64,000 nucleotides of DNA, taken from positions 384,669,940 to 384,733,939 of the forward strand of contig NC_058131.1 of NCBI RefSeq assembly GCF_016433145.1, written 5' to 3'. This stretch comes from Gracilinanus agilis. Taxonomy: Eukaryota. Below are positions 50,630 through 63,425 of the stretch, piece by piece. The notes beneath the pieces are model-generated. The model searched no databases, had not been told where the DNA came from, and saw only the letters and a list, made by a program, of their open reading frames with translations. Numbering within the stretch: the first letter of the stretch is position 1; each line of letters opens with the position of its first letter. The translations under genes and the position numbers were made by a program.

Positions 50630-51680
50630 TACTCTACAGAATCACAGAATTTTAGAGTTGAAAGGTATCTCAGTGACTATGTAGGCCAACCCGTCCCCGG
50701 GCAAGAATATCCTTTCTATTATAAATAGTAAGTGGCTTCCAATCTTTGCTTGAATGTAAGTAATAAGTGGAGACCAACTGCCTCCCGAGGTAAGTCCTTC
50801 CACCTGGGAGTAGCTCTAATTGTTGGGAAGTTTTTCCTTAAATAAAGCATATTTTTTCCTGTTGGCAAACTCTACTGATTACTTCTAATTCTATCATCTG
50901 GGGTCAGGTGCTTCTTATAATTATTTTGCATCAAGGATCCCTTTGGCGATCAGGTGAAGCTTGTGAACCCTTTTTCAGAATGTTTTTAAATGTATCAACT
51001 GAAATAGATAGGACTTCAAAAGAAACTAAATAGATATATATTTCCATCTAAGCTCATGGACTTCTTGGAATTTATCCACAAACTACCTAGGGTTTGTGAC
51101 TCCCTGGTAAGAACCCCTGGTTTAATCTCTCTTCTGAATGATATATCATTAAATGCTTGATAATGATCCTGGCCTACCTTCTTCCCAAGTCTTCTCTTTC
51201 CCAAGCTAAGTGCCCTTGGTTATTTCGACCAAATTCATATGGCACAGATTCAAAGACCTTCACTCTCCTATATGCTTTCCTTTGGACATGCTAGAACTTA
51301 TCAAAACCTTTGTGTGGAATCCAAATCTGAACAAATGTTCCCAGTATAGTCTGACAGGAAAGAGTACAAAGATACTATAATTTCTAGATCTGATAATTAC
51401 CTTTAAATGCTACCCAATTTCTCATTCACTTTCCTGTCTATCATATCAAATATTAATGATGAAAACTCCCAATCTTATTTTGAATAGCTATTTAGCCACC
51501 AAGCACAAACTTATGAAGTGTGAATGTGATGTACTTTAACCCAGGACTAAGATTTCACCTTTAACTCAATTAATTTTCATCTGATTAGATTCAGTTCAAT
51601 GTTCTAACCTGTCAAGACCCTTTTCAATCTGGATGGCATGATCCAATGTATTAACTGTCTCTCCCAGCTTTGTGGAAACT
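50630..51680 (-). mobile_element. L3/CR1 fragments (about 50630-50910 and 51120-51680)
   Basis: gaatcacagaattttagagttgaaagg...agctctaattgttgggaagtttttcctta...ccaaatctgaacaaatgttcccag...ctcccagctttgtg. Confidence 0.6.
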
Positions 51681-52081
51681 CCTATTTTCCTATTTTATAT
51701 GTTTGAGGTGCATGCCCTCGGTCATTTTATCTCACCTCTGAATGAAGACTCCCTTTCAGGATTTATTGACCATATCTAGTGTCATATGTTGTGATTGCTG
51801 AAATTTATACAGATAAACTGAATCTGTTAGTCATTACACACAATTAGAAGCAGAAGTATCAGGCAGGATCAGGTACTGGATGGGACATTCTACTTCCCAT
51901 TCCACTACACATTGGCCACTAAGTCTGAAACAAAGACCTGTGATCCTTCACCCTGGAGGAGATAACCTACTCAATCTTGTAATGAGTACTCATGCAGAGG
52001 TAAGATAAAAGGACCAAGAGCATGCACCTCAAACATATAATTACTTTCTATAAATGGCACAGCTTCAGGAATCCACTAACC

Positions 52082-52289
52082 CAGTGATAGGCAAACTACA
52101 GCCCATGGGCCAGATACAACCCTTCTCCTTCATAATCTTTCAGTCATTAATAGGTCTTAGTATCACAAAAAATACAAAAAAAAAATTGTAAAATGTATCA
52201 TTGTTATTTTTAAACAAATTATATTGGCCTGCCTAAAGTTTTTTTTTCCTTTCCTTTGGCCCCCTCTTTAAAAAGTTTGCCCATCACTG
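52082..52289. mobile_element. Non-autonomous hAT element (cagtgatgggcaaac TIR family, OposCharlie-like), 208 bp
   Basis: Ends cagtgataggcaaactacagcccatgggccagat... and ...ggccccctctttaaaaagtttgcccatcactg. Degenerate TSD cactaacc / cactattc (6 of 8 match). Confidence 0.82.
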
Positions 52290-52309
52290 CACTATTCCAT
52301 TCTTTAACT

Positions 52310-52925
52310 GTTAGAAAGGATTAGAGATTCAACATCTGTTCTGATTCCTATGGGTGCCATCCCCTCCAACTCCTCTCCCTCCAAAAGACCATCTCTATCT
52401 TCAGATATAGATCTGATCATGTCATCTCCTGCCCAACAAATTCTGGTGTCTCCCTATTGCCTCTAGAGCCATCTATAAACACTATGGTCTGGCATTTAAA
52501 CATTTGTATAATCTAGCTTATTCTTGCCTTTCAAGTTTTCTTACATATTGTGTAATTCAGTCACTCTAGTATTTTCATTGTTCAGCACATTGGACATTCC
52601 ATCTCTGTGCCTTTATACTGCCTGTCTTCCATTCCTGAATTGTATTCCATCCTTATTTCCAGCTCTTAGAATCTTTATTTCCTCCAAATCTCTGCTCAAA
52701 TCTCATCTTCCTTGTGAAGTCTTTCTTGATATTTTAACTGTTAGTGTATATCTTTCCAAAATTAACTTGTATTCATTTAGTATATGTTTTTACTTATTTA
52801 ATTTTATGTTTTCTCTGCCTTTAGAATGGAAGCTCCAAGAGGTCAGCAAATAGTTTCATTTTTGTCTCATATTCCCAGTGCTTGGCACATAGGAATTTCA
52901 TAATAAATGTATATTCATTGATGAA
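52310..52925 (+). mobile_element. LINE-2 3' fragment
   Basis: tctgatcatgtcatctcctgccc...ggaagctccaagagg...gcttggcacatagg...taataaatg. Confidence 0.7.
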
Positions 52926-55117
52926 ATCAACATTGCCTTTACCGATATCCAGGTTTTAGCAATCTTCTGCCCCATGGATCCATTGAGTATCTTTGTGTTC
53001 CTTAGCTGTATGCTGCTTAATAAATGCTTGTCAAATTGAGTAAAATTGGAGTGAAATGTAATTAGAAGGAAGTGGTATAAACTCTGGGGTCCAAGAAGAA
53101 AGCCTGGGGAGAAGAATGAAGTTTCTTATCTTATATCTAATCAAAGCAGAATTTGCTTTAACATTATCAATAATGTTAGGACTGGAATAAACCTTGGACA
53201 TGCTATATAATCCAACATTGTCAGTTCACAAGAAAAGCAACTAAGACTGAGTATCACTTCTCCAAGTAATTTAATCTAAACCCTTCATTTCCCAGATGCA
53301 GATGTTGAGGTCCAAGAGGGTTTGGATTGAAGTCACATTGTGATTTAATGCTGAAAATAAGAATAGAACTCAGGTCTCGTGATTGCCATTTTGTCTAAGA
53401 TATCCTGTTGCTCACAAGGATTTGAAGCCTTCTCATCTTTGATGTTCTATACTATAATTTAATCCAAATGATCTAAGGAGATTAAATCAGTTATATCCAT
53501 AGTGTTAAATGACTCATATTTACTATCTCCAGTGAGTATCATCATTGGCTTAGTTCTTAGAATGTAGGATCAAGATGCAAAAGACCTTAGAGAAAACAAT
53601 CTAATTTTACAAATGAAAAAATGAAGATGCAGAGAAATGATATGTTATGAAATGAAATGAGAAGATAAGCCATGCAGGTTAAAATTAATTAACCAAAACT
53701 GACATTTATATAGCATTTGTGAAATACTATTATTGCCATGATCTTCTTTGATCCTCCCATGAATGCTTTATAAGTAGCTACAGACATTATTTTCTCCATT
53801 TTGTAGAGGAGGAAACACTCTGAGTTATAGCAACTTCTCCATGTTCAGCTAATTAGTAACTATTAAAGGTAGGATCTGTATACATTTAATTCAAGATCAG
53901 AGCTCCTTTCATTAGTAACTCTAACCTTAACCTTATCCTGTGAAATGTGGCCAGAATTAAAGCCTTGGTCTCAGGATATCAAATGCAAAACTCCTTTCTA
54001 CATTGACAGTGCTGCCTCAACTCTCTCTCCCACAGTTGCTTAAATGACCAAATGAAAGCAGAGAATCTGACTTTGGACTTCTCTGGGTTGTTGCTTCACT
54101 GTGGGATGGCTCAAGTGATCTGAAAATTCAACGTGTGAGCATTCATGTGTAAGTGTGAACAAGGGAGATTTTTCCAACATTCATCCCGTATTTTCAATTT
54201 GTTATAGGGAGCTCTGATAATAACAAGAGATACTTCTTACTTGAATATCACAGAGGACATGTTCCAAAGCAAGAATATCTCCTGAATGCTAGACTCAGAG
54301 TCATTCTGGGTTATACAGTTTTAGGAGTAAGAAATAACTTCCAACATTCATAGCTGTGGCTAGAGAACTTCCTAAAAGCCATCCTTAAAAATTAGAATCC
54401 TTGAAAAGAGATAAAAAAAAACCCACTCCTCAGCAGATCTAAGAAATAAAATGATTTGTTGTGTTTTTTCCTCCCTTTGGTTAAAGTTTTTATGCCTCCT
54501 GAAACAATGACATGAGAACTTTCAAAGATAATGAATCTGAGCTCAATAACTAGATAAGCTTTAGTAGAATGCATCTGGGTTGTGGAAGTTTGCATTTCCT
54601 TTTTTGTTGTTAAGTAAAATCTATGAGCACTCAAGGAGATCCTAGATAAATGATCAACAAGGCAGAAGATATGGTTCAGTCACTGCATTCATTGGAATTT
54701 TTAAATGAAAAATGTAATTAAAGCAAACGGTATCATTTCAAGTCATTATAGAGAAAATCCTGTCTATTAACTAGGATTAATTCTCCTGATTTTAATCTGT
54801 CTGTATTTCCTAATGGTGCCCTCCTTGTTTCATGTAATTAAAATGTAGCAGGTAGTTTATACACAAGAGGGAGTGTTTGTATTAAAAATATCTTTTCATA
54901 ATCAACATTAAACACTAATTTCATTTATGACTGAAATCTCTGAATAAAATACCTAATGTTTCATTGTGAATTTAAAATACATACATATATATTTACTATT
55001 CATTTATTTTAATATATTTCATTTTCATTCATAATTATCATATTTGGTCATAAAAAAGTTTCAAATACCTAAATAGATATGGAAAGTCAAACTAGTGTGT
55101 TGAAATAATGTTTAAGA

Positions 55118-55313
55118 GGAGGTAGCTTAGTGGATTGAGAGCCAGGACTAGAGACGGGAGGTCTTAGATTCAAATTTTTCTTCAGTCACTTCCTACCTGG
55201 GTAACCCTTATATCACTTAATCCTAATTGCCTATCTCTTACTACTTTTCTGCCTTGGTACTAATACACAGTATTGATTCTAAGATAGAAGGGAAGGGTTA
55301 AAAGAAAAAAAAA
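55118..55313 (+). mobile_element. SINE1_Mdo-type SINE
   Basis: gtagcttagtggattgagagccagg...aatacacagtattgattctaagatagaagggaagggtt plus A tail. Flanking repeat atgtttaaga (55108-55117, 55320-55329). Confidence 0.85.
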
Positions 55314-55914
55314 GCTATTATGTTTAAGAAAATCAAATTAATCTAACTCCATCAAGCTGGACTCAAATTACTCACAGTGACAAAAAAGCTATCGAGGCTC
55401 TGCTGTCTCTGTCTCTATTTCTTGTCAGTTCTTCTGTTCTTCTTTTAATTCATTTGCTTCAAAGTAGCCTGTCTTATTCTGACCCTCACTGTACCTTTAA
55501 ATATACAAATATTTTTATATAGATGGATCAAAATGTAGATGGATCAAAATTTAGAAAAGTAACTCCACCAATTCAAGCCATAATATATATGTGTATACAT
55601 ACATATACCCACACACATAAATTCAGTAAGTGAGTCAATAAGCATTTATTAAGCACCTAACATGTACCAGCTACATGCTAAGTTCTGGGGATTCAAATAA
55701 AAGGCAAAAGATATTTCCTGCACTCAAAGAACTCGAAGAACCATCTAATGAGGGAGAAAACAAAAAAAACTATGAATAAAAATATATGTATACAGGAGAC
55801 TGATAATAGTACATATTTCCTATAGTCATCAGGTGGCAATTAATAAGTTTTATATATACACATATGTTTATATGTACAGACATACATACCCCACACTCTA
55901 GTTTGATTTGAATT

Positions 55915-56200
55915 ATTTTAAGATAAATTTTACTGTTGTTTTGTTTTTTTTGCATCATCACCATCCCCAGTATCTCTACCTTTCCCCTTCCCAGAGAGTC
56001 ATCCTACATAAGAAAAGATATTTTTTAAAGAAGAAAAAAAAATCAGTACAATTGATCAATATGTTGAAGAAATCTAAAAATAAGTGCAAGATATAACAGC
56101 TGTGTACCTCCTCCTCAAGGGATAAGTTGAGTATGCCCCTTTATATCTCTTTATTTGAATCATATTTGATCTTTATGATTTGAAATTATTTTTTAATATT
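55915..56200 (-). mobile_element. Old LINE-1 3' UTR fragment
   Basis: catcaccatccccagtatc...cccagagagtcatcctaca...aatcagtacaattgatcaata pattern typical of marsupial L1 ends. Confidence 0.5.
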
Positions 56201-56220
56201 TTCAGAATAGATACTAAATA

Positions 56221-56376
56221 TCTGTTCCAAGACAGAAGTATGATATGGGCTATGTTACTGGAGTTCGGTGACTTGCCCAGGGTCACACTGTTAGGAAATG
56301 TCTGAGACCAAATTTTAATCCAAGACCTCCTATCTCTAGGACTTGATCTCTACCCACTGAGCCACCTAGCTGCCTC
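56221..56376 (-). mobile_element. Partial SINE1_Mdo-type SINE
   Basis: gttccaagacagaag...gtgacttgcccagggtcacac...ccactgagccacctagctgcctc. Confidence 0.75.
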
Positions 56377-59300
56377 TATGATTTGGCATCTTAATGAGAA
56401 TATTGGAAGGTACACCGGGCTAATAGTTACAAGTCAAATCAACAACTCATTAAGCATTTGTTAAATGCCTAATATGTGCTAGGCATTGTGTTAAACACCA
56501 GGTTTTCTGCTGATTAGTTTTACGATCTTTGATAAATCACATCCATTGGTTCTCAGTTTCCTCCCTTGTAAAATGAACAATTTGGAGTAGATTATTTATG
56601 AAAATCTCTTCTATCTCCAAAAGTCCGGTTTGACATGCATTTAGGTGAGACCAAAGAAGCAAATTTCAAGAATAACAGGGAATTTCATCTTATAATTGTT
56701 TGGTGTTTGATACTGTGTAAGATCAATGTTCTCCTGTGTTAAAAAGTATTTAAGGTAGAGGCTATAGGATTTCACAGCCATATTATGCTTATGTATACTC
56801 AGAGTGGGTAGTCACACATGTACTTTGATTTGAGGACTATATTTCAGAAGCCATCTAGTCCGATCTTCTTATTTGGTAGATGAGGAAACTGAGGCTCAAG
56901 ATATTCAAGGTTATACAGTTAGTAACCACCAGAAGTGAAACTTATGTGCACAGAAAGTAAGCATATGTTAAGCCATATTAAATCATTTTCACTCAGTTTT
57001 GTTTATCAGAGTGGGAAAGACAGAAAACAGAGGTACTAAAGGTAACTTTTGCCTGCTGTATAGTTAAGGGGATGTTCACCTTGTGTGAGGTAAGTGTCAC
57101 AAATTAAGATACATTAGTTTGTAACATTTTCATTTTATTAATGATATGGGTTTGACTATTCACATTGGCCCTTCCAAATTGGGAATAAGCAACAAATTAA
57201 CTAATTAATTATGGATTGCACCGATTGTTAACGAGGTACCCTAAACCAACACTAAGAAGAGTATAGAAAAATGCCCTCCATTTGTCTTCCAATTGTGACA
57301 AACAAACCTGACTGTTTGGATGTCAGAGTTGTAGGAGGGGATCTCCTGGCAGAGATCCTTGGAGATGAGTGTTATTTTCTTGGACCAAAGTGGAAATCCG
57401 GCTTACTAAATCCTTAGCGGTGCTGCCAGTGGCATTCACAATGCCTCTTAATTTGACTCTTCAGGTTTTTTCCACAGACCAGAGTTTGTAAGCATTCCAG
57501 TTACACGAAAGAAACTGGTTTCAGAGAAAGCACATGCCTGCACACATTACTATGCACACACCTGAACTGTACAATCACCTCTCTGATTCCTCTTAAAAAT
57601 GCAGTTAGTATACAAATTCTTACTTATAGATCTTCACGTTGAAGGAAATTTACTATTTGCACGCTTGAATTATAATTCTAAAGAAACATGCTTTACACTG
57701 TGATTGATTGAAAAATCAGATGTTAACCGACAAGACAAGACCAATTTTCCAACACTTGAGCTCTATTTGTTCAAATTTATTGCCATTAGAAAGGACCAAT
57801 TATGGCTAATAATGGTATTATTCTCATCTCAGTAAGTAACTGGTTTGGTAAAGCTTTAAGCACCCTCAACTTTGGCATTCACTTTAGTTAACTACTGGCA
57901 ATAGCTAATTTCTTATAGATTATTACTTTAATGCCTTATTGCTCCCTGAACACATATACACTATGAATGAATTATCATCTGATATACATTTATATCCTGC
58001 CATTAAGCCTGCTAGAGGAAATTCAGGCTACAAGCCATATTGGTAAGAGTATTATATCTACTGGATATTAAAGAATTATAGGGTTTTGCAAGCCAATGTC
58101 TTTTGATAAATCAGAGCTCAGTTTTCCCATATTGTACAAACTCTGAAAAGTCAGCTGTTTCAGACTTCATGAAGCCCAGGTGTTCTACACATATACTGAT
58201 CATCACAATGTTCCAATACCTATCACCTTGAACCCAGATAATCGAAAGAAAGTTAACCTACACACCCTTTCCAAGAGGGGAATATCTGGCTTTTTATTCA
58301 GGGATAAAATCTGTGAAAATGGAGGTCGATTCTTACTAGACCTTTCTAGACTGCAATAATAAAAATAAAAAAGTGAGCCATTTAGCTGCTTTGGAAAGCA
58401 CCATTAACCTTAGTTCAGGGAGGCCCTAATGAAACTATCCATAAGTGAGAATGGGCAATGTTACTTTACAACCAACCCCAAAAGGGGCAAATATATATTC
58501 CTACTGGGATTTCTCACAGTATGTTCCTCCTCAAGACACTCATTCCTTTTTTACTCTAAATATACTTCTTTCTAAATGAAAAAAATAGCCATTTTTCTCT
58601 GTTAGCCTACCCATTTACTATGCAAAATGGAGAATGATAGTAACATATTCTTAGGGCATGATTATGCTGCCTCTATCACCTAATTGAGACTTGGAACTCC
58701 TTATATTGCCAGTGTAGACACCATCCCTTAAGGAAATAACATAATATAAATGAAAAATGCCCATTACCTATTTCTCCCTACCTTCCTTCTTCTGTCATAT
58801 TTTCCTATATCTTAAGTCTGAGCAAGTTAATGTTCAACTTGAGCAGTTACCACTGTTGATGTGCAAATCACCAGAAATACTTCAAGGGAGAGTATGTGCA
58901 AATCCTTGCAAAATGAAACATGACTATCCTATTCTCATTTCAGTCTAAATCATGCAAGAGTGGTGAGGAGGGCTCTCTTGGAAGCAAAAGGGACTGACTC
59001 TCAGTTATCCACAGGAATGGGGTACCAGGAGTGCATGGACAATTTAAATTCACAGATAATCCCTAAAGGCTCATTTTAGTCAATAGCCTCAACCTTCTTA
59101 TCCCACCAAACCTTTTGCCTAGCTGCTTTAAAGGGGGCGTATTTGATGGCTTGAATGTCATTCTCTTATATTTCCCCCCTGCCCACTTAGGAGAAGAGCT
59201 AATGAACAGTGAAATGGTTGAAAGGGAAGTAGCAGAAAGGAGGAAGAAAAGATGACAAATCTGTGAACTGGAAAATATATAAACTAAATAATCAGCCTTT

Positions 59301-59558
59301 GGTTGTGGAAAGTTGACAAAATTAGATTCTCGTTTAACCTACTCATGCTCTTTGCCCAAAGGTCAAGAAGAAATTCATTTTTAAGTGGATTGAAATGCTT
59401 TTGAAACCAAGTTGTCTGATAGTTTTAAATCATAAACCCAATAGGCATTCTTTTCCCATAATCCTCCCCACCCTTCATATTATCATCTATCCTCCCCCGC
59501 CCCATTTCTCATCACATCTAGAAAAACACAATGTAGCTTAGAAAACTTAGGTTATTTT

Positions 59559-59564
59559 ACTTAC
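59559..59564 (-). promoter_or_regulatory. SGCD: SGCD 5' splice donor
   Basis: Consensus GTAAGT immediately after the Ile codon. The ORF continuation VSKIT* is intronic read-through. Confidence 0.93.
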
Positions 59565-59753
59565 AATTGTGAAGTTCATGACCTTGAGAATCCAGATGGT
59601 CATAGCCAAGTTCACCAGTATTAAAATCATTAGGAGAAGAACAAAGAAATAGAGGCATCTCTTCCGCCAGCCATAAATCCCTACTTTGTATACCTGCGGT
59701 CCTTCAGAGCTCTGCATGTTGTTCCTGTTGTGAGTATACTGTTCCTGAGGCAT
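59565..59753 (-). CDS. SGCD: Delta-sarcoglycan coding exon (189 bp, 63 codons, phase 0/0; equivalent to the human exon covering c.4-192)
   Basis: Translates to [63 protein letters not shown]. From [20 protein letters not shown] to VMNFTI this matches delta-sarcoglycan as I recall it, including the TM helix and the NFT sequon. Bounded by ttcattccAG|ATG and ATT|GTAAGT. Confidence 0.97.
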
Positions 59754-59800
59754 CTGGAATGAACAAGAGGAGAGAGAGAGTAGGCATACACACATTAAAC
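59754..59800 (-). promoter_or_regulatory. SGCD: SGCD 3' splice acceptor: polypyrimidine tract and candidate branch point
   Basis: Minus strand reads gtttaatgtgtgtatgcctactctctctctcctcttgttcattccag|ATG. A yUnAy-like ttaat puts the branch A at about 59795, with no intervening AG before the acceptor. Confidence 0.85.
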
Positions 59801-61729
59801 TGCAGGAAAAGTCAACTAGTGAAGAGCTATTGCTGACTGCTGTCTTGTAGTTCTTAGCCCTTTGGGTGATTCTAAAAATCTCAGTTTCCTTTGGACTCTA
59901 ACAATTCCTGTGGTTTGGCTTAAGGCAAGAGCTTTTTTATATTATGCAACAATCAATCAGAGTACATGTTTGGGTGTGTTTTTGCACATATATACATATG
60001 TCCCCACAAACATACATAGAGTATAGAGAAGGGAAATATAAGTATGAGTTTCCCTGGGAGTGTTCTCAAGCACGTTTTTTGTTTTTTTTTCCAAGTCAAA
60101 AGTTGCATAGAATCATGGGATCACAGACCCAGAACTAGAAGGGATTATAGGACCAGGGGCCATCTAGTGCAACCTATTTTACATTTTACTCAATGTCCCC
60201 AGATAAGAAGTCAGAGGCAATATTTGAACTGACACCCACTGACTCCACAGCTAACTGCATTTTCCACTATACTATACTGTTCCTGCTCTTTGTTGGGAAA
60301 TGTTTAGGGATCTAACAAAGTCCTGAAGGTGATATTTTAAATTAGTTGGAGAGAAGGAGTTAAGTTCAACAGATCATTTTGGAGATGTAATAAGACTTCT
60401 CAGAGGTTTTCTTCATTAAAAAATCATAAGAATCTCAAACATAGTCTTTCTCCATGGCTACAAAGGCAGCAGGGAAAGAATAGTTCTTAGCTTTGTTCAT
60501 TTCCATATAAACTCCAACTTCAGAAACCAAGGGTTCTGACTGTGCAACCCAATAGAAAGCTTTATACCAAACAAAAGCTGTCATTGTTATTGTTCCATCT
60601 CTTGCACTGCCTCTCTGGGGCACAGATATGCCTTGTGCAGGTATGAACACAAAGGCACCATCATCCATGGGTCTTACACATTAAGAAAAAAATGAATCAT
60701 TGAGAAGTGGAAAGAAAGCAGGTGGGGAAGTTAGGGTATCTGTAAAGAACAATCCTTTTCTTTCTTGTGCTAAATAAGCTCACTGATGGTGTTCTGTGCA
60801 CCATCTAATCATGGAATGTGGATTGCATGTTTATTCCACCTTCATAACAGGAAGGAAAGTCTATGATAATTTAGGAGTTAAGAATATTTTCTTCCCATAC
60901 CAATTTTAGTAGATTTCTAGAGTCCAGCTTTGAATAGACATTAGAACTCATGGGAGCTCTAGGGGAGCACAACTTCCTTTTTCAGGTAAATAAACTGTGC
61001 ATCAGAGAGGAGAAGGAGATATTCAGAATAAGGAATAAATGGCAGAGGTGGAACTAGAACTCAAGCCTCCCTTTATACTTTACATGCTGATTATTAGATC
61101 TTTGTTATATTGACTCACAGACCCAAAATACTCAGTTCTCTAATGAATAGCTAAAAACGATGGACACTCAATGCAATTATTGGAAAAGTAAATGTAATGA
61201 AAAGTAGTTCAGGGCATTCATGAGACAAAATGATGCATATCTTTTATCAGTAAACTTTTCAGCATAAGAGGGAATAATGTTATACATACATTACACTTCT
61301 GAAATATCTTCTAATAAAAAATTAACCTAATGAAAATGTAGAAGTTAGTGAAAGGATATCTAAGATCTCCTATTCCACTAGGTTTTTCCCTAAAGAACAA
61401 TAGGCATATGGATAGGTGTAGGGATAGATGTGCACACATGGAATCTTTGTGAAAAAAAATTTGAACAAAAATTAAACAAAAAAAAATTGACATTTTCTAC
61501 AGGTTACCTATTAGACACTTCAAAATTTATGTCAAATAGATATCTTAAATTTATCATATTTATTAGCTTTATCACCACACGAATCACTTTTCAAACTTCC
61601 CAAATTCTGTCTACCCTTATACTCATACAGGTTTCCAGCCCCATAGTTGCTGTTGGCTTCTCCTTTTTCTTCCCTCTTTGGAACATTCCTCTTTCTGTCA
61701 AAGACACCACCATCATTTTATTTATTTAT

Positions 61730-62100
61730 TATTTTTAAATTTAAATTTATTCAGTTATTTGTTTGTTACATTAAAATGCCAGGCAACTCCTTCCCCTCCA
61801 GTAGAGAAGACTTCATTTGATTTTATTTATCTATATATCTTGCTTATTTCTATTTATCATTTCCTTCTTTGGAGATGGACATATACAAGTCATTCTTCAG
61901 ACAATATTTCTGTTGTTCTATATAATGTTCTCTTGGTCCTGCTTACTTCATTCTTTTTTATTTTTTTTAGAATTTTTTAAATATTTTATTATTTAGAAAA
62001 ATTTTCCATGGTTACATGATTCATGTTACTTTCCCCTTCACTCCCCACATAACTGATGTGCATTTCCACTGATCTGCTTACTTCACTCTTAATTATTTGA
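61730..62100 (-). mobile_element. Old LINE-1 3' fragment hosting a short younger L1
   Basis: Reverse L1 3' UTR motifs (aagtcattcttcagacaatatttctgttg, aatgttctcttggtcctgcttacttcactc). Confidence 0.6.
61951..62073 (-). mobile_element. Severely 5'-truncated L1_Mdo-type copy (~123 bp)
   Basis: Poly-T start, then catggttacatgattcatg and gtgcatttccact, matching the reverse complement of the young L1 end at 43855-43950. Perfect 12-bp TSD ctgcttacttca (61939-61950, 62074-62085). Confidence 0.85.
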
Positions 62101-62139
62101 TGTCTGACTTTTCAAGTCCCTCATTTTAAACATGCAGGC

Positions 62140-62530
62140 TCAGCATCTTTTAGCAATCTATTCTTACCTTCTTACTCACCATCATGCCTTATATCCAAAT
62201 AGCTCACAATGTCATCTATCTACTTCTATAACACATCTTTCTTTCAATGATGGTTGCCATCTGAGTTCAAGTTCTCATTACCTTTTGTCTGGACTATACC
62301 AATAGCCTCCTAATCGATGTCTCTGCTTTAGGTCTCTCCCTTCTGGAATCTATCTTCTACACAGATACCAAATTAATATAACTTAAGCTCAGATCATAAC
62401 TCTGACCTTCCCCAGTGGCTTTCTATTTATTTACCTCTGAGATCAGATAAAAACTTCTTTGGCATTTAAAGCCCTCCACAATCTGGCTCCAATATTTTTT
62501 TCGAGATTCTACATTTCTTCACTGCAAATA
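62140..62530 (+). mobile_element. LINE-2 fragment
   Basis: ctcattacc...ggactataccaatagcctcctaat...ccagtggctttcta...ggcatttaaagccctccacaatctggctcc. Confidence 0.7.
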
Positions 62531-62904
62531 TGTTGTTTTCAGACAGTCCACTAATATTTAATAACCATGAACTGCATGCTACAGACTGTGTGCTAAACAC
62601 TAGGGATATAAAAGATAGACCCTGCTCTCAAGGAACTCACAGTCTAAGGGTGAGGTGGGGGCTAATATTCAAACAGCTAAGCACAATAAGATATGTACAG
62701 GATAAGTGGGAGATGACCTTATAAGGAAGGCACTAAGATAAAGAACAATTGGAAAAGACCATGAAATTTTAGCTGAAATGATCTAAACTTTAGCTAGTAA
62801 AAATATTAGTCAGATTATAGAGTATTGTATATGTCTGTTAGGAAAAACAAGGAATTCAGTATCACTGGATCACTGAGTTATCTTGAGTGTCATAGGATAA
62901 GTGA

Positions 62905-63425
62905 GAACTTGTCTTTTGAGGCATATCTCTTTTGCTCTTGGTCTTTCATTTTCAAATAGGACCAATGACATCATGAGGTGATACCTTGACATACCCATCA
63001 GTTGGATTTAAATGAGAAAAAAAAACACTTTATCTTCTGGAATTGATGAAGTCCTGTGGCAAGACAAAACCAAGATGACTGGAGATGGCCCCAGATGCAG
63101 TGGATGATTTTGTCACCTTCTATGTCTGAACAACTTCTAGGCACTCCACAGCACCTGCTTCAAACACCTTCTGGGCCATTAGAGCATATTGTTCTCATTC
63201 ATGGATTCCACTGGGGGAACTCTTTACATGCTTGGTTGAGAAACACTTCTAATCCATTGATGGGTTTGTGGTCACTTGGTTATCCTCAACCTGGTTCAGC
63301 CTGTTTGCCAAGATGGTTTATTGGGATATGGTTGCATCTTTCTAGAGACACAGTTGAGAACTGAGTACCCAGTGGACATTGAAGCAGCCTAAAAAGATCT
63401 TGGCAACCTCCCACACCAGAGGTGA
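62905..63425 (-). mobile_element. Marsupial RTE-related SINE (WALLSI4/RTESINE-like)
   Basis: tcattttcaaataggaccaatgacatca...caagatgactggagatggccccagatgcagtggatga...gcactccacagcacctgcttca...ccctcaacctggttcagcctgtttgccaagatgg...cacaccagaggtg. Accounts for ORFs 63056-63364 and 63286-63477. Confidence 0.65.

Larger units (their letters stand above)
1..59564 (-). other. SGCD: Large SGCD intron downstream of the TM exon (continues beyond window start)
   Basis: The next expected exon (DGMGNLRITEKGLKLEG...) was not seen in the ORF track or by eye. SGCD is known to have very large introns. Confidence 0.8.

Noticed and set aside
59754-59795. N-terminal extension ([14 protein letters not shown]) and C-terminal VSKIT of ORF 59547-59795
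   Set aside because: These are the intronic polypyrimidine tract and donor read-through; the splice sites bound the true exon at 59753 and 59565.
60435-60668. 77-aa minus-strand ORF upstream of the SGCD exon as a possible alternative coding exon
   Set aside because: No recognisable similarity to sarcoglycans or other proteins, and no convincing splice boundaries.
60975-61000. Recursive-splice-like ttcctttttcag|gtaaat (similar motif near 45750-45765)
   Set aside because: On the strand antisense to SGCD and derived from the MIR core.
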